From: an uncultured Planctomycetia bacterium
Lineage (GTDB): Bacteria; Omnitrophota; Gorgyraeia; Tantalellales; Tantalellaceae
DNA: 64,000 bases
Reading direction: 5' to 3'
Assembly: GCA_964572255.1 (NCBI GenBank)
Contig: CAZNEE010000004.1
Span: forward strand, 26,344-90,343
Part shown: positions 37,558 to 46,194 of the stretch, one piece after another
Numbering within the stretch: the stretch's first letter is position 1
Layout of the letters: each line of letters begins with the position of its first letter
Position numbers and translations under genes: made by a program
The notes under the pieces: generated by a model
Told to the model about the DNA's origin: nothing
Database searches by the model: none
The model's input: only the letters and a program-made list of their open reading frames with translations

Positions 37558-39192
37558 ATGTTCATAGAACCCGTATTTGGTAAAAAGTTTTTCGGAAGAG
37601 AAGAAATAATCGCCACCCTTTTCAAGAGGGTTACCGCCATGAAAGGCGGGTACAGGCAAAACCTCGCTCTTACCGGTCCGATGCTTTCAGGGAAATCGTC
37701 CATCTTGCGCCATTTTCTGATGAACCTGAAGGATCCCGACGTTATTCCTCTATATATAGAAATGGTCGAAGAAGGGTATGAAGATTTTTGCATGCGTTTC
37801 ATGGCCACACTTCTTTACAGATACTTAAGATCAATAGGCGGCAAAAATGACGGCGATTTTGCGGACCTGAAGAAGGCATGTTCCGGGTTGATCCCGAAAA
37901 CCGCGAGCGAGATCGAAGAGATCTGTCAATTTCTTAAGAAAAAGAAGAATGATGAGGCCTACCAGAAACTTTTGAATTTACCGGCAGTATTCAAGGACGA
38001 GACCGGCAAGAACTGCATTGTCATACTTGATGAATTCCACAATCTGTCCAACTTTCGCCTTAAGAAGCCTTTTCAGGCCTTTGGAAAACATATAATGGTC
38101 CAGAAGAATACTATGTATGTGGTTTCCAGTTCCCAGAAGACCTTATTAAAGGAGATCCTGGCAAGAAAACTTTCGCTTCTTTTCGGTAATTTTGAGGTTA
38201 TAGAAGTAGGCGGGTTTGACAACCAGACGGCACACTCTTTTGTGTCCGACAAATCAAGAGATCTCTCTTTCAATGATAATATAAAGGATTTTTTGATACA
38301 GCTATGTCAGGGCAATCCCCTCTATCTGGAAGTTCTGATAAAACGATTTACGGATCTATTGGGGGATAAAGGCAAGCCCCGCGACGAGAAGGAGTGTCTG
38401 GTTGACGCCTTCGCGGATACCGTCTACGATTCTAACGGCATTCTCAACCAATATTTCACCAACAGCATGAATTTTTTCCTCGAGAAAAAATCGCGCAAAA
38501 AATTCCTGCCCGTTTTGATAGCTTTGGCGAAAGGCGCAAATACGATAAAGACCGTAAAGGAATTTCTGGGCAGGCACGACAAAGAGTTAAGTTCGAAACT
38601 TGAAAGACTCCAGCACATGGATCTTATTTTTAAAAGCGGCGTTTTTTACAAGATCAGCGATAAACTTTTTGAATACTGGGTGCGGAACGTCTATTGCATA
38701 AAAACAAAATCGATGATCGATGACATGGACATAAAATATCTTGAATTCAAGGGCGTTGTCGAGAAAGATTATCTGAAGTTTTGCGATCACGAGGCTAAAG
38801 ATGTTATAGATATTATAACCGGGCTTTTCAGATCGTTCAGGAACGAAAAGGTCAACATAGGAATGCATGAAAAGAAAATGCCCAAATTTGATTCGGTGGC
38901 CAGCCGCCGCATAAACGAGAATGCATCGGAAATAACGGGAAAGATCGGCAAGAATCAATGGGTATGCCGCGTCAAGCGCAATGACATGGTGGACGAGAAT
39001 GATCTGTATGATCTGGTGGAGATGAAGCCGAAGACGAAAGAGGCGAAAATTTCACGGAAGATCATAATCCCGCTTAAAGGCATAGAACATCACGCTTTTC
39101 TCCTTGCAAAAGAAAAAAATATTTGGGTTTGGAAGACGTCAAGACTTAACAGGATCTTAAGGCTATACGATAACTCTGAATTAGTGATATGA
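37558..39192 (+). CDS. AAA+ ATPase of the archaeal-ATPase (PF01637-like) family with a DUF234-like C-terminal domain
   Basis: The N-terminus FFGREEIIATLF...LALTGPMLSGKSSIL carries a Walker A motif, and ILDEFH is the Walker B motif. The ~150-aa C-terminal domain is of unknown function. Confidence 0.7.
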   Translation: MFIEPVFGKKFFGREEIIATLFKRVTAMKGGYRQNLALTGPMLSGKSSILRHFLMNLKDPDVIPLYIEMVEEGYEDFCMRFMATLLYRYLRSIGGKNDGDFADLKKACSGLIPKTASEIEEICQFLKKKKNDEAYQKLLNLPAVFKDETGKNCIVILDEFHNLSNFRLKKPFQAFGKHIMVQKNTMYVVSSSQKTLLKEILARKLSLLFGNFEVIEVGGFDNQTAHSFVSDKSRDLSFNDNIKDFLIQLCQGNPLYLEVLIKRFTDLLGDKGKPRDEKECLVDAFADTVYDSNGILNQYFTNSMNFFLEKKSRKKFLPVLIALAKGANTIKTVKEFLGRHDKELSSKLERLQHMDLIFKSGVFYKISDKLFEYWVRNVYCIKTKSMIDDMDIKYLEFKGVVEKDYLKFCDHEAKDVIDIITGLFRSFRNEKVNIGMHEKKMPKFDSVASRRINENASEITGKIGKNQWVCRVKRNDMVDENDLYDLVEMKPKTKEAKISRKIIIPLKGIEHHAFLLAKEKNIWVWKTSRLNRILRLYDNSELVI

Positions 39193-39680
39193 AAATAGTT
39201 GTCCTCTCAGACACCCATATTCCCGCGAACACGGACCGGCTTCCCGATAAAGTTTACCGATATTTAAAAGATTGCGACATGATCGTACATGCCGGAGATG
39301 TGACCGAGATGTCGTTCATCTCGGAACTCCAAAAAATAGCCGAAACAAAAGCCGTGTGGGGCAACATGGACAGCGCTGAAGTGAAAAACACGTTGCCCAA
39401 GAAGGTCGTTTTTAAAGCGGACGGAAAGACCGTAGGCATAACTCATGGCTCCGGCCCGGTTTCAAAGGTCATCGATTCGGTAAAACAAACTTTTAAGGGG
39501 AAGAAACCGGATATAATTATTTTCGGGCATTCCCATAATCCTATTAACGAGACAAAAGACGGTGTGCTTTTTTTCAATCCCGGAAGTTCAACGGACAGGA
39601 TGTTCGCCCCTTACCGTTCTTTCGGCTTAATAGAGATCAAGGGCAATAATATAAACGCCGAGATCATAAAACTTGATTAG
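39189..39680 (+). CDS. YfcE/MJ0936-family metallophosphoesterase (phosphodiesterase)
   Basis: The metal-ligand motifs MKIVVLSDTHIP, HAGDV, GITHGS and FGHSHNP are present. It has an ATGA overlap with the ATPase gene. Confidence 0.85.
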   Translation: MKIVVLSDTHIPANTDRLPDKVYRYLKDCDMIVHAGDVTEMSFISELQKIAETKAVWGNMDSAEVKNTLPKKVVFKADGKTVGITHGSGPVSKVIDSVKQTFKGKKPDIIIFGHSHNPINETKDGVLFFNPGSSTDRMFAPYRSFGLIEIKGNNINAEIIKLD

Positions 39681-40659
39681 CATGATTTGGTTAGAATTCA
39701 TTTTATGCTCCGCACTTTTGATCTATTTCGCATATAACCTTTGCCGCGAAGGCATTATCCTTTCTGAAAGAACTAATATTGAAAAAGGCATTATCGGCAT
39801 GTTTTTTCTTGCCGTAGCCACTTCTTTCCCTGAAATTGTCACGGGGGCGTCGGCTGTTTTCTTTCTGGATAAAGCGGCTTTAGGATACGGGGATATCGTG
39901 GGGTCCATTATCGTCAATCTTATGATCCTGTTCGGGATCGATATTTACCAGGGAAAGGGAAGGATCCTTCTCAGGGTTTCAAAAGTAAACCGCCTGACAG
40001 GCGTTTATGTCGTTATTCTTCTCGGAATAGTCCTTTCGGCCGCGATGATAAGGTCTATCGGTGTGTCGATCCCCGTAATTTATGGGGTAGGTATTGAAAA
40101 CTTTCTTATCATTTTGACATATTTCGCTGCGCTGAAGATCATCCAAAGATCCGGAAAAAGAGAGGAACATGTGCCTCTCAATAACGAGAGAGAATCTTTT
40201 TTAAGTCTATGGTCAAAATTCATGATTTTCCTCGCGGTCGTAATGGCCTTGGGAGTGTGGCTTGCGCGTATAGGCGATAAAATAGTCGCCCAGACAACGA
40301 TGTCTGAAACTTTTATAGGAACCCTTTTTCTGGGGCTTGTTACGTCTTTTCCGGAGATCATTGTTTCTTTTGCGGCTTTACGTGCCGGATCCATAAACAT
40401 GGCTGTCGGGAATATTCTCGGAAGCAATATGTTCGATGTATGTATAATTCCTTTTCTGGATATGCTCCATAAGAGGCCGATATTGGGCGCCATGACAAAT
40501 GCGCAGAAATTCGCGACAGTACTTGTCACAGTATTATCGCTCGTGGCAGTTATCGGCCTTTATTCCAAAAAGGAAACTTCGCGCAAGGTGGGGTGGGATA
40601 CGGCTGTAATTTTTCTTTTCGGTTTGATCGGGTTTGTGATATTATATTATATCCGATAA
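39673..40659 (+). CDS. CaCA-family cation/Ca2+ exchanger (YrbG-like)
   Basis: The two alpha-repeat motifs GDIVGSIIVNL and GNILGSNMFDV are present, with 10 transmembrane segments. It overlaps the upstream gene by 8 nt. Confidence 0.85.
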   Translation: MISMIWLEFILCSALLIYFAYNLCREGIILSERTNIEKGIIGMFFLAVATSFPEIVTGASAVFFLDKAALGYGDIVGSIIVNLMILFGIDIYQGKGRILLRVSKVNRLTGVYVVILLGIVLSAAMIRSIGVSIPVIYGVGIENFLIILTYFAALKIIQRSGKREEHVPLNNERESFLSLWSKFMIFLAVVMALGVWLARIGDKIVAQTTMSETFIGTLFLGLVTSFPEIIVSFAALRAGSINMAVGNILGSNMFDVCIIPFLDMLHKRPILGAMTNAQKFATVLVTVLSLVAVIGLYSKKETSRKVGWDTAVIFLFGLIGFVILYYIR

Positions 40660-40700
40660 AGACTTTTTATTCACACAACAAGAAGTCATCATTTAAGATC

Positions 40701-41864
40701 ATGGGGGACAAAATTCTCACAAGAGCGGATATGGAAAAGAGGGAGCGGGAGCTTTTAGCGCCTTACGCTATGAAAAGCGGCGATTCTCTGGGCCGCGCTT
40801 ACAAAGAGGAAGAACATCCGTACCGCTCGGCATATCAGCGTGATAAAGACAGGATCATCTATTCCACCGCCTTTCGCAGGCTTGAGTATAAAACTCAAGT
40901 GTTCGTTAATCATGAAGGCGACCATTACCGTACCCGCCTTACTCATACGATAGAAGTAGCCCAGATAGCAAGGACGATCTCCCGGGCGCTGAAACTTAAT
41001 GAAGATCTTGTTGAGGCGATCGCTCTCGCGCATGATCTGGGGCATACTCCTTTCGGCCATTCGGGTGAGGAGACTTTGAGTGACCTGATGAGATCTCACG
41101 GAGGGTTTGATCACAATACCCACGGCTTGCGCGTAGTTGATCTGCTTGAAAGAAGGTATCCGAATTTTCCCGGGTTGAATCTGACCCGGGAGGTAAGAAA
41201 AGGCATAATCCGCCACTCAACTCCGTACGACAAAAAAAGAATGGACATTACGGATGTCGAAGCGCCGTGGCTTCTTGAGATCGAGGTAGTGGACATTTCT
41301 GATGAAATAGCGTATGATAATCATGATCTCGAAGACGGGTTAAGAAGCGGTCTTTTAAGTGAAAAGGACCTGGCGGGAGTAGAGCTTTGGGACAAAACTA
41401 TAGAAGATATCGAAAGAGAAGCTGCCGTTAGTGATGAAGAAACAAAGAGGGCGCTGATCATCCGGAAACTTATCAATAATCAGGTGTCCGATCTTATTAA
41501 TAATACAGCTAAACATATTGAAGAGCTAAACATAAACAGCATTGCTGATATCGAAAAGCAAAAGAGGAAAATAGTTGATTTCAGCGAGGACATGAAAGCA
41601 AAGCGTGTTTTGTTCAAGAAAGTCCTTTCCGAGAAACTGTATAGTCATTACAGGGTCGTCCGCATGTCAAACAAAGCTTCGCGTTTCTTGAGGGCGATCT
41701 TTCAGGTCTTTTGCGATAACCCTGAGCAGCTTCCTCCGCATGCTTACGGAAAGATCGAGGAAAGAGGCAAGCATCGGGTCATTTGCGATTACATAGCCGG
41801 GATGACGGACCGTTTTGCTCTTGATCAATATGAAAAGTTTTTTGAACCCTACGAGAGGGTGTAG
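40701..41864 (+). CDS. dGTP triphosphohydrolase-like HD-domain protein (Dgt family)
   Basis: YRSAYQRDKDRIIYSTAFRRLEYKTQVF...HYRTRLTHTIEVAQIAR...HDLGHTPFGH is the canonical Dgt N-terminus and HD motif. The start was chosen at the ATG at 40701; the ORF track starts at 40593, which overlaps the exchanger gene. Confidence 0.8.
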   Translation: MGDKILTRADMEKRERELLAPYAMKSGDSLGRAYKEEEHPYRSAYQRDKDRIIYSTAFRRLEYKTQVFVNHEGDHYRTRLTHTIEVAQIARTISRALKLNEDLVEAIALAHDLGHTPFGHSGEETLSDLMRSHGGFDHNTHGLRVVDLLERRYPNFPGLNLTREVRKGIIRHSTPYDKKRMDITDVEAPWLLEIEVVDISDEIAYDNHDLEDGLRSGLLSEKDLAGVELWDKTIEDIEREAAVSDEETKRALIIRKLINNQVSDLINNTAKHIEELNINSIADIEKQKRKIVDFSEDMKAKRVLFKKVLSEKLYSHYRVVRMSNKASRFLRAIFQVFCDNPEQLPPHAYGKIEERGKHRVICDYIAGMTDRFALDQYEKFFEPYERV

Positions 41865-41866
41865 AA

Positions 41867-43375
41867 ATGAGAAGAGAAGAGCTCAAACGATTGGAAGAAC
41901 TTTTTAACCGCATGAAAGAGAACTGGGACATGCGGCAGGAGATCGCGGCATTCGGAAAATATCTAAAGAACCCGGAATGGATACTTTTATCAAAGATGCC
42001 GGAGTCCGAGAAGGAATTGAAGAAGATGATCTCCGTTAAATGCCTGCACAAGAAAGCACATCCAGATAAGTCCATCCAAAAAACCATAAAAGTATTGTTT
42101 AACGCGATCAAGAGAGCCAGGCGCGCTAGATCTGTAGAACAGTTTTGCTACTGCGAGGGGCATTATGGAGTATGTTATCCGCTTTTGGCTGATGAAAAGT
42201 TGTTCGGTTTTATTCTTCTTTGCGGCTTAAGAAAAATGATGTCGGAAGATCTTGTGAATATTTTCGCGGCATTCACGAACACGGTTATCAGGGAAACCCA
42301 GAAGGAAGTCGAACTTGACGAACTGAACCAGACCGTAAGGCCGAGAGCTCTTGCGCTTTCCACCGTGCATACACTTCATAGGCTTATGTCGGCAACGCTG
42401 GATATAAATGAGCTCCTGCCGAGGATCGCCAGGCTTTCCCTGCAGGTCATGAGAACAAATCGGTGCTCGATAAAGATTCTGGATAAAAGAAAGAAAATGC
42501 TTCTTCCGATGACCACCATTGATCTGAGGAAAGAAAAGGCAAAATTGAAGAAGGTCGAGATCGGCAGATACGCCCCGGGAAGGGCCGTAAAACAAGCGAG
42601 GGCCATAAGAGGCAAGAATTTTCTGGCTACGCCGCTTGTGGACGAGGATATAATAGGCGTAATTACTTTATATGACAAGATAGACGGAACGGATTTCACG
42701 TCATTTGATGAAGAGATCATGAAGACCCTTGCCGAGCAGTCAGCGATCGCGATAAAAAATACGCAGCTTTTTCAGGAGCAGCAGGAATTGACCTTAAGCA
42801 GTATCAGGTGCATAGCCGACCTGCTCGAGACGCGTCCGCACGGTTTTAAGCGCCCTGAAAGATCTTTTATGAAGCTTATATACCTGATGGGGCGCAAGTT
42901 TGAAATGAATGAAAATGAAATTAAAACACTCCAGTATGCGGCAATGCTTCATGATGCGGGAAAAATAAGCGTACCGGAAAAAGTTTTGGCGAAACGGGGA
43001 GAACTGACAAGTAAGGAGCTTGATATCATAAGGGCCCATCCCATGAAAGGGGCGAAAATACTTTCCCGGATCAAGCCGCTGAAGACGATCGCGCCGGTCA
43101 TATTAAGCCATCATGAGAACTGGAACGGGACCGGTTATCCCAAGGGGCTAAAGGGGGAAGAGATCCCGCTTTCGGCGCGCATTCTTGCTGTTGTAGTTTC
43201 GTTTGAAGCCATGATAATCGAAAAACCTTACCGGAGAGCTTATACAATAAATGAAGCCATCAAGGAAATAAGGAAAAATTCCGGAACACAATTTGATCCG
43301 CGGGTGGTGGAAGCTTTTATCGAGGCGGTTAGTCGTCAGGATGTAAAAAATCTCCTAAAGAAAGAGCTTGCCTGA
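41867..43375 (+). CDS. GAF-domain HD-GYP phosphodiesterase
   Basis: The C-terminal HD-GYP domain is present (HDAGKISVPE...HHENWNGTGYPKGL), together with a central GAF-like region. Confidence 0.85.
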   Translation: MRREELKRLEELFNRMKENWDMRQEIAAFGKYLKNPEWILLSKMPESEKELKKMISVKCLHKKAHPDKSIQKTIKVLFNAIKRARRARSVEQFCYCEGHYGVCYPLLADEKLFGFILLCGLRKMMSEDLVNIFAAFTNTVIRETQKEVELDELNQTVRPRALALSTVHTLHRLMSATLDINELLPRIARLSLQVMRTNRCSIKILDKRKKMLLPMTTIDLRKEKAKLKKVEIGRYAPGRAVKQARAIRGKNFLATPLVDEDIIGVITLYDKIDGTDFTSFDEEIMKTLAEQSAIAIKNTQLFQEQQELTLSSIRCIADLLETRPHGFKRPERSFMKLIYLMGRKFEMNENEIKTLQYAAMLHDAGKISVPEKVLAKRGELTSKELDIIRAHPMKGAKILSRIKPLKTIAPVILSHHENWNGTGYPKGLKGEEIPLSARILAVVVSFEAMIIEKPYRRAYTINEAIKEIRKNSGTQFDPRVVEAFIEAVSRQDVKNLLKKELA

Positions 43376-44066
43376 AACGTTATTAAAGCCCATGCAAAAA
43401 ATTAAGAGTATTTTTATAGTTAGCACTGTATTGATTTTAACTGCAGTTATTTGTTCGGTTTTTTATTTCGATAAAGTTATTGCTTTTTCGGTCAATCATT
43501 TTACCCCATACAAGATCGCGTATACAAAATGGAAAAATCCTTTCGGGGAAGAGTCATCTATAGATGATTTTCGTCTCGAGTTGCCGGATGAAGGCCTGTT
43601 CATTGACGCGAAGAAGGCCGAAATAAGGGCGAACTGGAAGCTTTTGTTTTTCGCGAATACGCTGAAATTGGATTGTAAGTTCCAAGACGCAACGATCTCT
43701 TTCAAGGGCGGTGAAAAGGGAAGTGTTAAAACCGCCGATGAGGAATTCTTAAATGCTTTGACAGGGAAAGATCAAATATACGACCGCGTGAACTTTTTTA
43801 TATTCAAGAACAAAGAAGAGCTTGATATCAAAAATTTCCTGGCTACTTCCGGCGGCGTAGTTGTTATTGGAGATTGCGTATATAAAAACAAGAAAGAAGA
43901 TATTTCTTTAAATGTCAAAATTTCTGTTTCCTCGGATATTTATAACAGCCTTCCCGAAGACCTGCGGGACAAGATACTTTCTGCCGATGAAGATAACCGA
44001 TACAGTACCGTGATAGACTACAAAGGCAATATAACATTACTCCGCGCACTTTATTCCCTCATGTAA
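43368..44066 (+). CDS. Hypothetical membrane-anchored protein
   Basis: 232 aa with an N-terminal TM segment and no recognisable motifs. It overlaps the HD-GYP stop codon. Confidence 0.4.
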   Translation: MPETLLKPMQKIKSIFIVSTVLILTAVICSVFYFDKVIAFSVNHFTPYKIAYTKWKNPFGEESSIDDFRLELPDEGLFIDAKKAEIRANWKLLFFANTLKLDCKFQDATISFKGGEKGSVKTADEEFLNALTGKDQIYDRVNFFIFKNKEELDIKNFLATSGGVVVIGDCVYKNKKEDISLNVKISVSSDIYNSLPEDLRDKILSADEDNRYSTVIDYKGNITLLRALYSLM

Positions 44067-44119
44067 AAGAATTCCGGGGGGCTTGCCATTCGGGAATTAT
44101 ATGATACAATATAACAGCT

Positions 44120-44752
44120 ATGGCTGACGAAAACATTCATGATGACCTTTTCAGCGGTCAGGATTTCGGCAAAAAGGGCAGGAAATTCCAGTATTTCAGT
44201 AAATATAAGAACAGGCGGTTTCTGCCTCAGGTAAAGATCCCCATTGAATATACGGTAATAATCGCGATCGGGGTACTGCTTCTGGTCATAATTGCTTACG
44301 CTATAGGCATTGAGCGGGGCAAGGCCATTTCTCTCAAAAAATACAGGATGGGCCAGGGAAGCAGATTACTGCAACCCGTTGAATTAAAAGATCTTACGAC
44401 GATAAGTGAGACGGGGCCGTTCGAGGAGGAGGAAGAGGAAGAAGAGGCAGAACCCTCCGGAATTTTGCAGGAGACTCTTATCGGGGAGGAAGAACCTCAA
44501 GAGGCAAAAAAAAGTGTTTCCAAAATCGAAGATTCAGTTTATACTATACAACTCGCCTCTTTTAAGGACAGGGAATATGCCGCTGAAGAAATGGGAAAGC
44601 TTGCAAAGATGGGATTGAAAGCCGTGTATGTACGAAAAGGGGATTGGTATCAGGTATATGTTACGGGGTATAGAACGATAGAAGAAGCAAGGGAAGCCAA
44701 AGAAAAGTTAGAAGAGATATACGTTGATTGTTTTATAAAACGTGTTAAGTAA
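44120..44752 (+). CDS. SPOR-domain cell-division protein (FtsN/DedD-like architecture)
   Basis: It has a short cytoplasmic N-terminus, one TM helix, an acidic poly-Glu linker and a C-terminal SPOR domain (YTIQLASFKDREYAAEEMGKLAKMGLKAVYV...WYQVYVTGY). Confidence 0.75.
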   Translation: MADENIHDDLFSGQDFGKKGRKFQYFSKYKNRRFLPQVKIPIEYTVIIAIGVLLLVIIAYAIGIERGKAISLKKYRMGQGSRLLQPVELKDLTTISETGPFEEEEEEEEAEPSGILQETLIGEEEPQEAKKSVSKIEDSVYTIQLASFKDREYAAEEMGKLAKMGLKAVYVRKGDWYQVYVTGYRTIEEAREAKEKLEEIYVDCFIKRVK

Positions 44753-44772
44753 CAATATATAAAACGGAGGAA

Positions 44773-45111
44773 ATGATGACACAACATTCAAGTTTAAAAT
44801 CAGGATCTGGAGAAGGAGCGTTTCGTTCAGTCCTTAAACGTTTTGAGAAGATAAAAGAACTTTTTGAAAAAGATAAGTGGTCAGAAGAAGATTCGGTATA
44901 TCATCTGCCTAAAGTGAAACGTATCAAGTTTAAGATCAAAAAAGCTAAGGCGGCCGAAGAGGAAGCTGCTGCAGCTGAAGGTGCAGTTCCGGCTGAGGGC
45001 GCTGAAGGCGCGGCTCCCGCCAAGGAAGGTGCGGCTCCTGCTAAGGAAGGCGCAGCCAAAGAAGGCGCAGCCAAAGAAGGCGCGGCAAAACCCGGAAAAA
45101 AGGAAAAATAA
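44773..45111 (+). CDS. Small protein with C-terminal Ala/Glu/Gly/Lys tandem repeats
   Basis: 112 aa. The tail (EGAAPAKEGAAPAKEGAAKEGAAKEGAAKPGKK) is encoded by a tandem ~15-18-bp DNA repeat at about 44990-45085. Confidence 0.4.
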   Translation: MMTQHSSLKSGSGEGAFRSVLKRFEKIKELFEKDKWSEEDSVYHLPKVKRIKFKIKKAKAAEEEAAAAEGAVPAEGAEGAAPAKEGAAPAKEGAAKEGAAKEGAAKPGKKEK

Positions 45112-45131
45112 CCCTTTCGGGGAGTTGGCAT

Positions 45132-45461
45132 ATGAGCGATATGATTTCTTTCGAAGATTTTAAAAAATTGGATCTGCGTGTAGCTGAGATCATTGATGTA
45201 AAAGAGCATCCAAACGCCGATAAATTATATGTACTCAAGATCTCTTTGGGCGATGAAACCAAACAGATCGTTGCCGGAATAAGGAACCAATATGAAATGG
45301 ACCAGCTTAAAGGCAAAAAGATCATAGTGGTGAACAATCTTGAACCTGCTGTTCTGAGGGGGGAAGAGTCCAACGGGATGCTTCTTGCCGCAAGTGACGC
45401 AGGTTCGCCTATAATAATCACGCCGGATCGTGATGTCCCTTCCGGGACAAAAATCCAATAG
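45132..45461 (+). CDS. tRNA-binding-domain protein (CsaA / EMAP-like)
   Basis: FKKLDLRVAEIIDVKEHPNADKLYVLKISLGDE...IVAGI matches the OB-fold tRNA-binding domain. Confidence 0.8.
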   Translation: MSDMISFEDFKKLDLRVAEIIDVKEHPNADKLYVLKISLGDETKQIVAGIRNQYEMDQLKGKKIIVVNNLEPAVLRGEESNGMLLAASDAGSPIIITPDRDVPSGTKIQ

Positions 45462-45473
45462 ACACATATTGAT

Positions 45474-46145
45474 ATGAAGGGTGTTGACGCAAAAACGATG
45501 TCCAAGATTGACCGCAGGGCTCAATCTGAATTCGGCATTCCTGAGATCGTTCTTATGGAAAACGCGGGAAGAGCCGTTTTTGATGTCATTCTTTCTTCGA
45601 TCCGAAGCATAAAGAAACAGAAAATAGTTGTATTCTGCGGTAAGGGCAATAACGGGGGGGACGGTTTCGTGGTTGCACGGTACCTTGCCAATGAAGATCC
45701 CGCAAAACTGACCGTTTTCACGGTAGATATGACGGATATCAAATTAGGGCCGGCTTACGACAACTACAACATCGTCCGCAATATGGGGATCGATATCAAG
45801 CCTCTTAAAGATCTTGAAGAGGATGAAAAACAGCTTAAAGAATACACTATTAGCGTCGACTCGATATTCGGCACGGGATTTAAAGGCGAACTTTCCGGAT
45901 ACTATTATGAACTCGGAAAATTGGTCAACAGGTCCAAGAAAATGAAACGATTTGCGGTTGATATACCCTCCGGGCTGGACGCATCCACCGGAAAAGCCGC
46001 GAAAAACTGCTTTATAGCTCATAAAACGATCACTTTCGGGCTCCCCAAAAAAGGTTTTTTCGCCAAGGATGGTCCCGGTGTTTGCGGCGAAGTGATCGTG
46101 AAAAATATCGGTTTTCCGCAGTCTCTCCTTAAACCTTACATGTGA
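45474..46145 (+). CDS. NAD(P)H-hydrate epimerase (YjeF N-terminal domain)
   Basis: VVFCGKGNNGGDGFVVARYL is the YjeF_N signature. Confidence 0.8.
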   Translation: MKGVDAKTMSKIDRRAQSEFGIPEIVLMENAGRAVFDVILSSIRSIKKQKIVVFCGKGNNGGDGFVVARYLANEDPAKLTVFTVDMTDIKLGPAYDNYNIVRNMGIDIKPLKDLEEDEKQLKEYTISVDSIFGTGFKGELSGYYYELGKLVNRSKKMKRFAVDIPSGLDASTGKAAKNCFIAHKTITFGLPKKGFFAKDGPGVCGEVIVKNIGFPQSLLKPYM

Positions 46146-46162
46146 ACGTCTTTCCTTGAAAA

Positions 46163-46192
46163 CGTAAACTATTAGTGATAAAATAGTTTACA
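46163..46192 (+). promoter_or_regulatory. Candidate BirA operator (bioO): CGTAAAC-N16-GTTTACA
   Basis: Perfect 10-bp inverted repeat GTAAACTATT / AATAGTTTAC ending 2 nt before the bioB ATG. It matches the TGTAAAC-N14-16-GTTTACA BirA-box pattern. Confidence 0.55.
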
Positions 46193-46194
46193 TT

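Noticed and set aside
40593-40700. Upstream extension of the dGTPase ORF that overlaps the Na/Ca exchanger gene
   Set aside because: The extension lacks homology. The conserved Dgt N-terminus begins at the ATG at 40701.
44940-45090. Tandem GC-rich direct repeats, considered as a possible CRISPR or simple-sequence locus
   Set aside because: The repeats are degenerate and contiguous with no spacers. They are in frame inside an ORF and encode an Ala/Glu/Gly/Lys tail. No cas genes are nearby.
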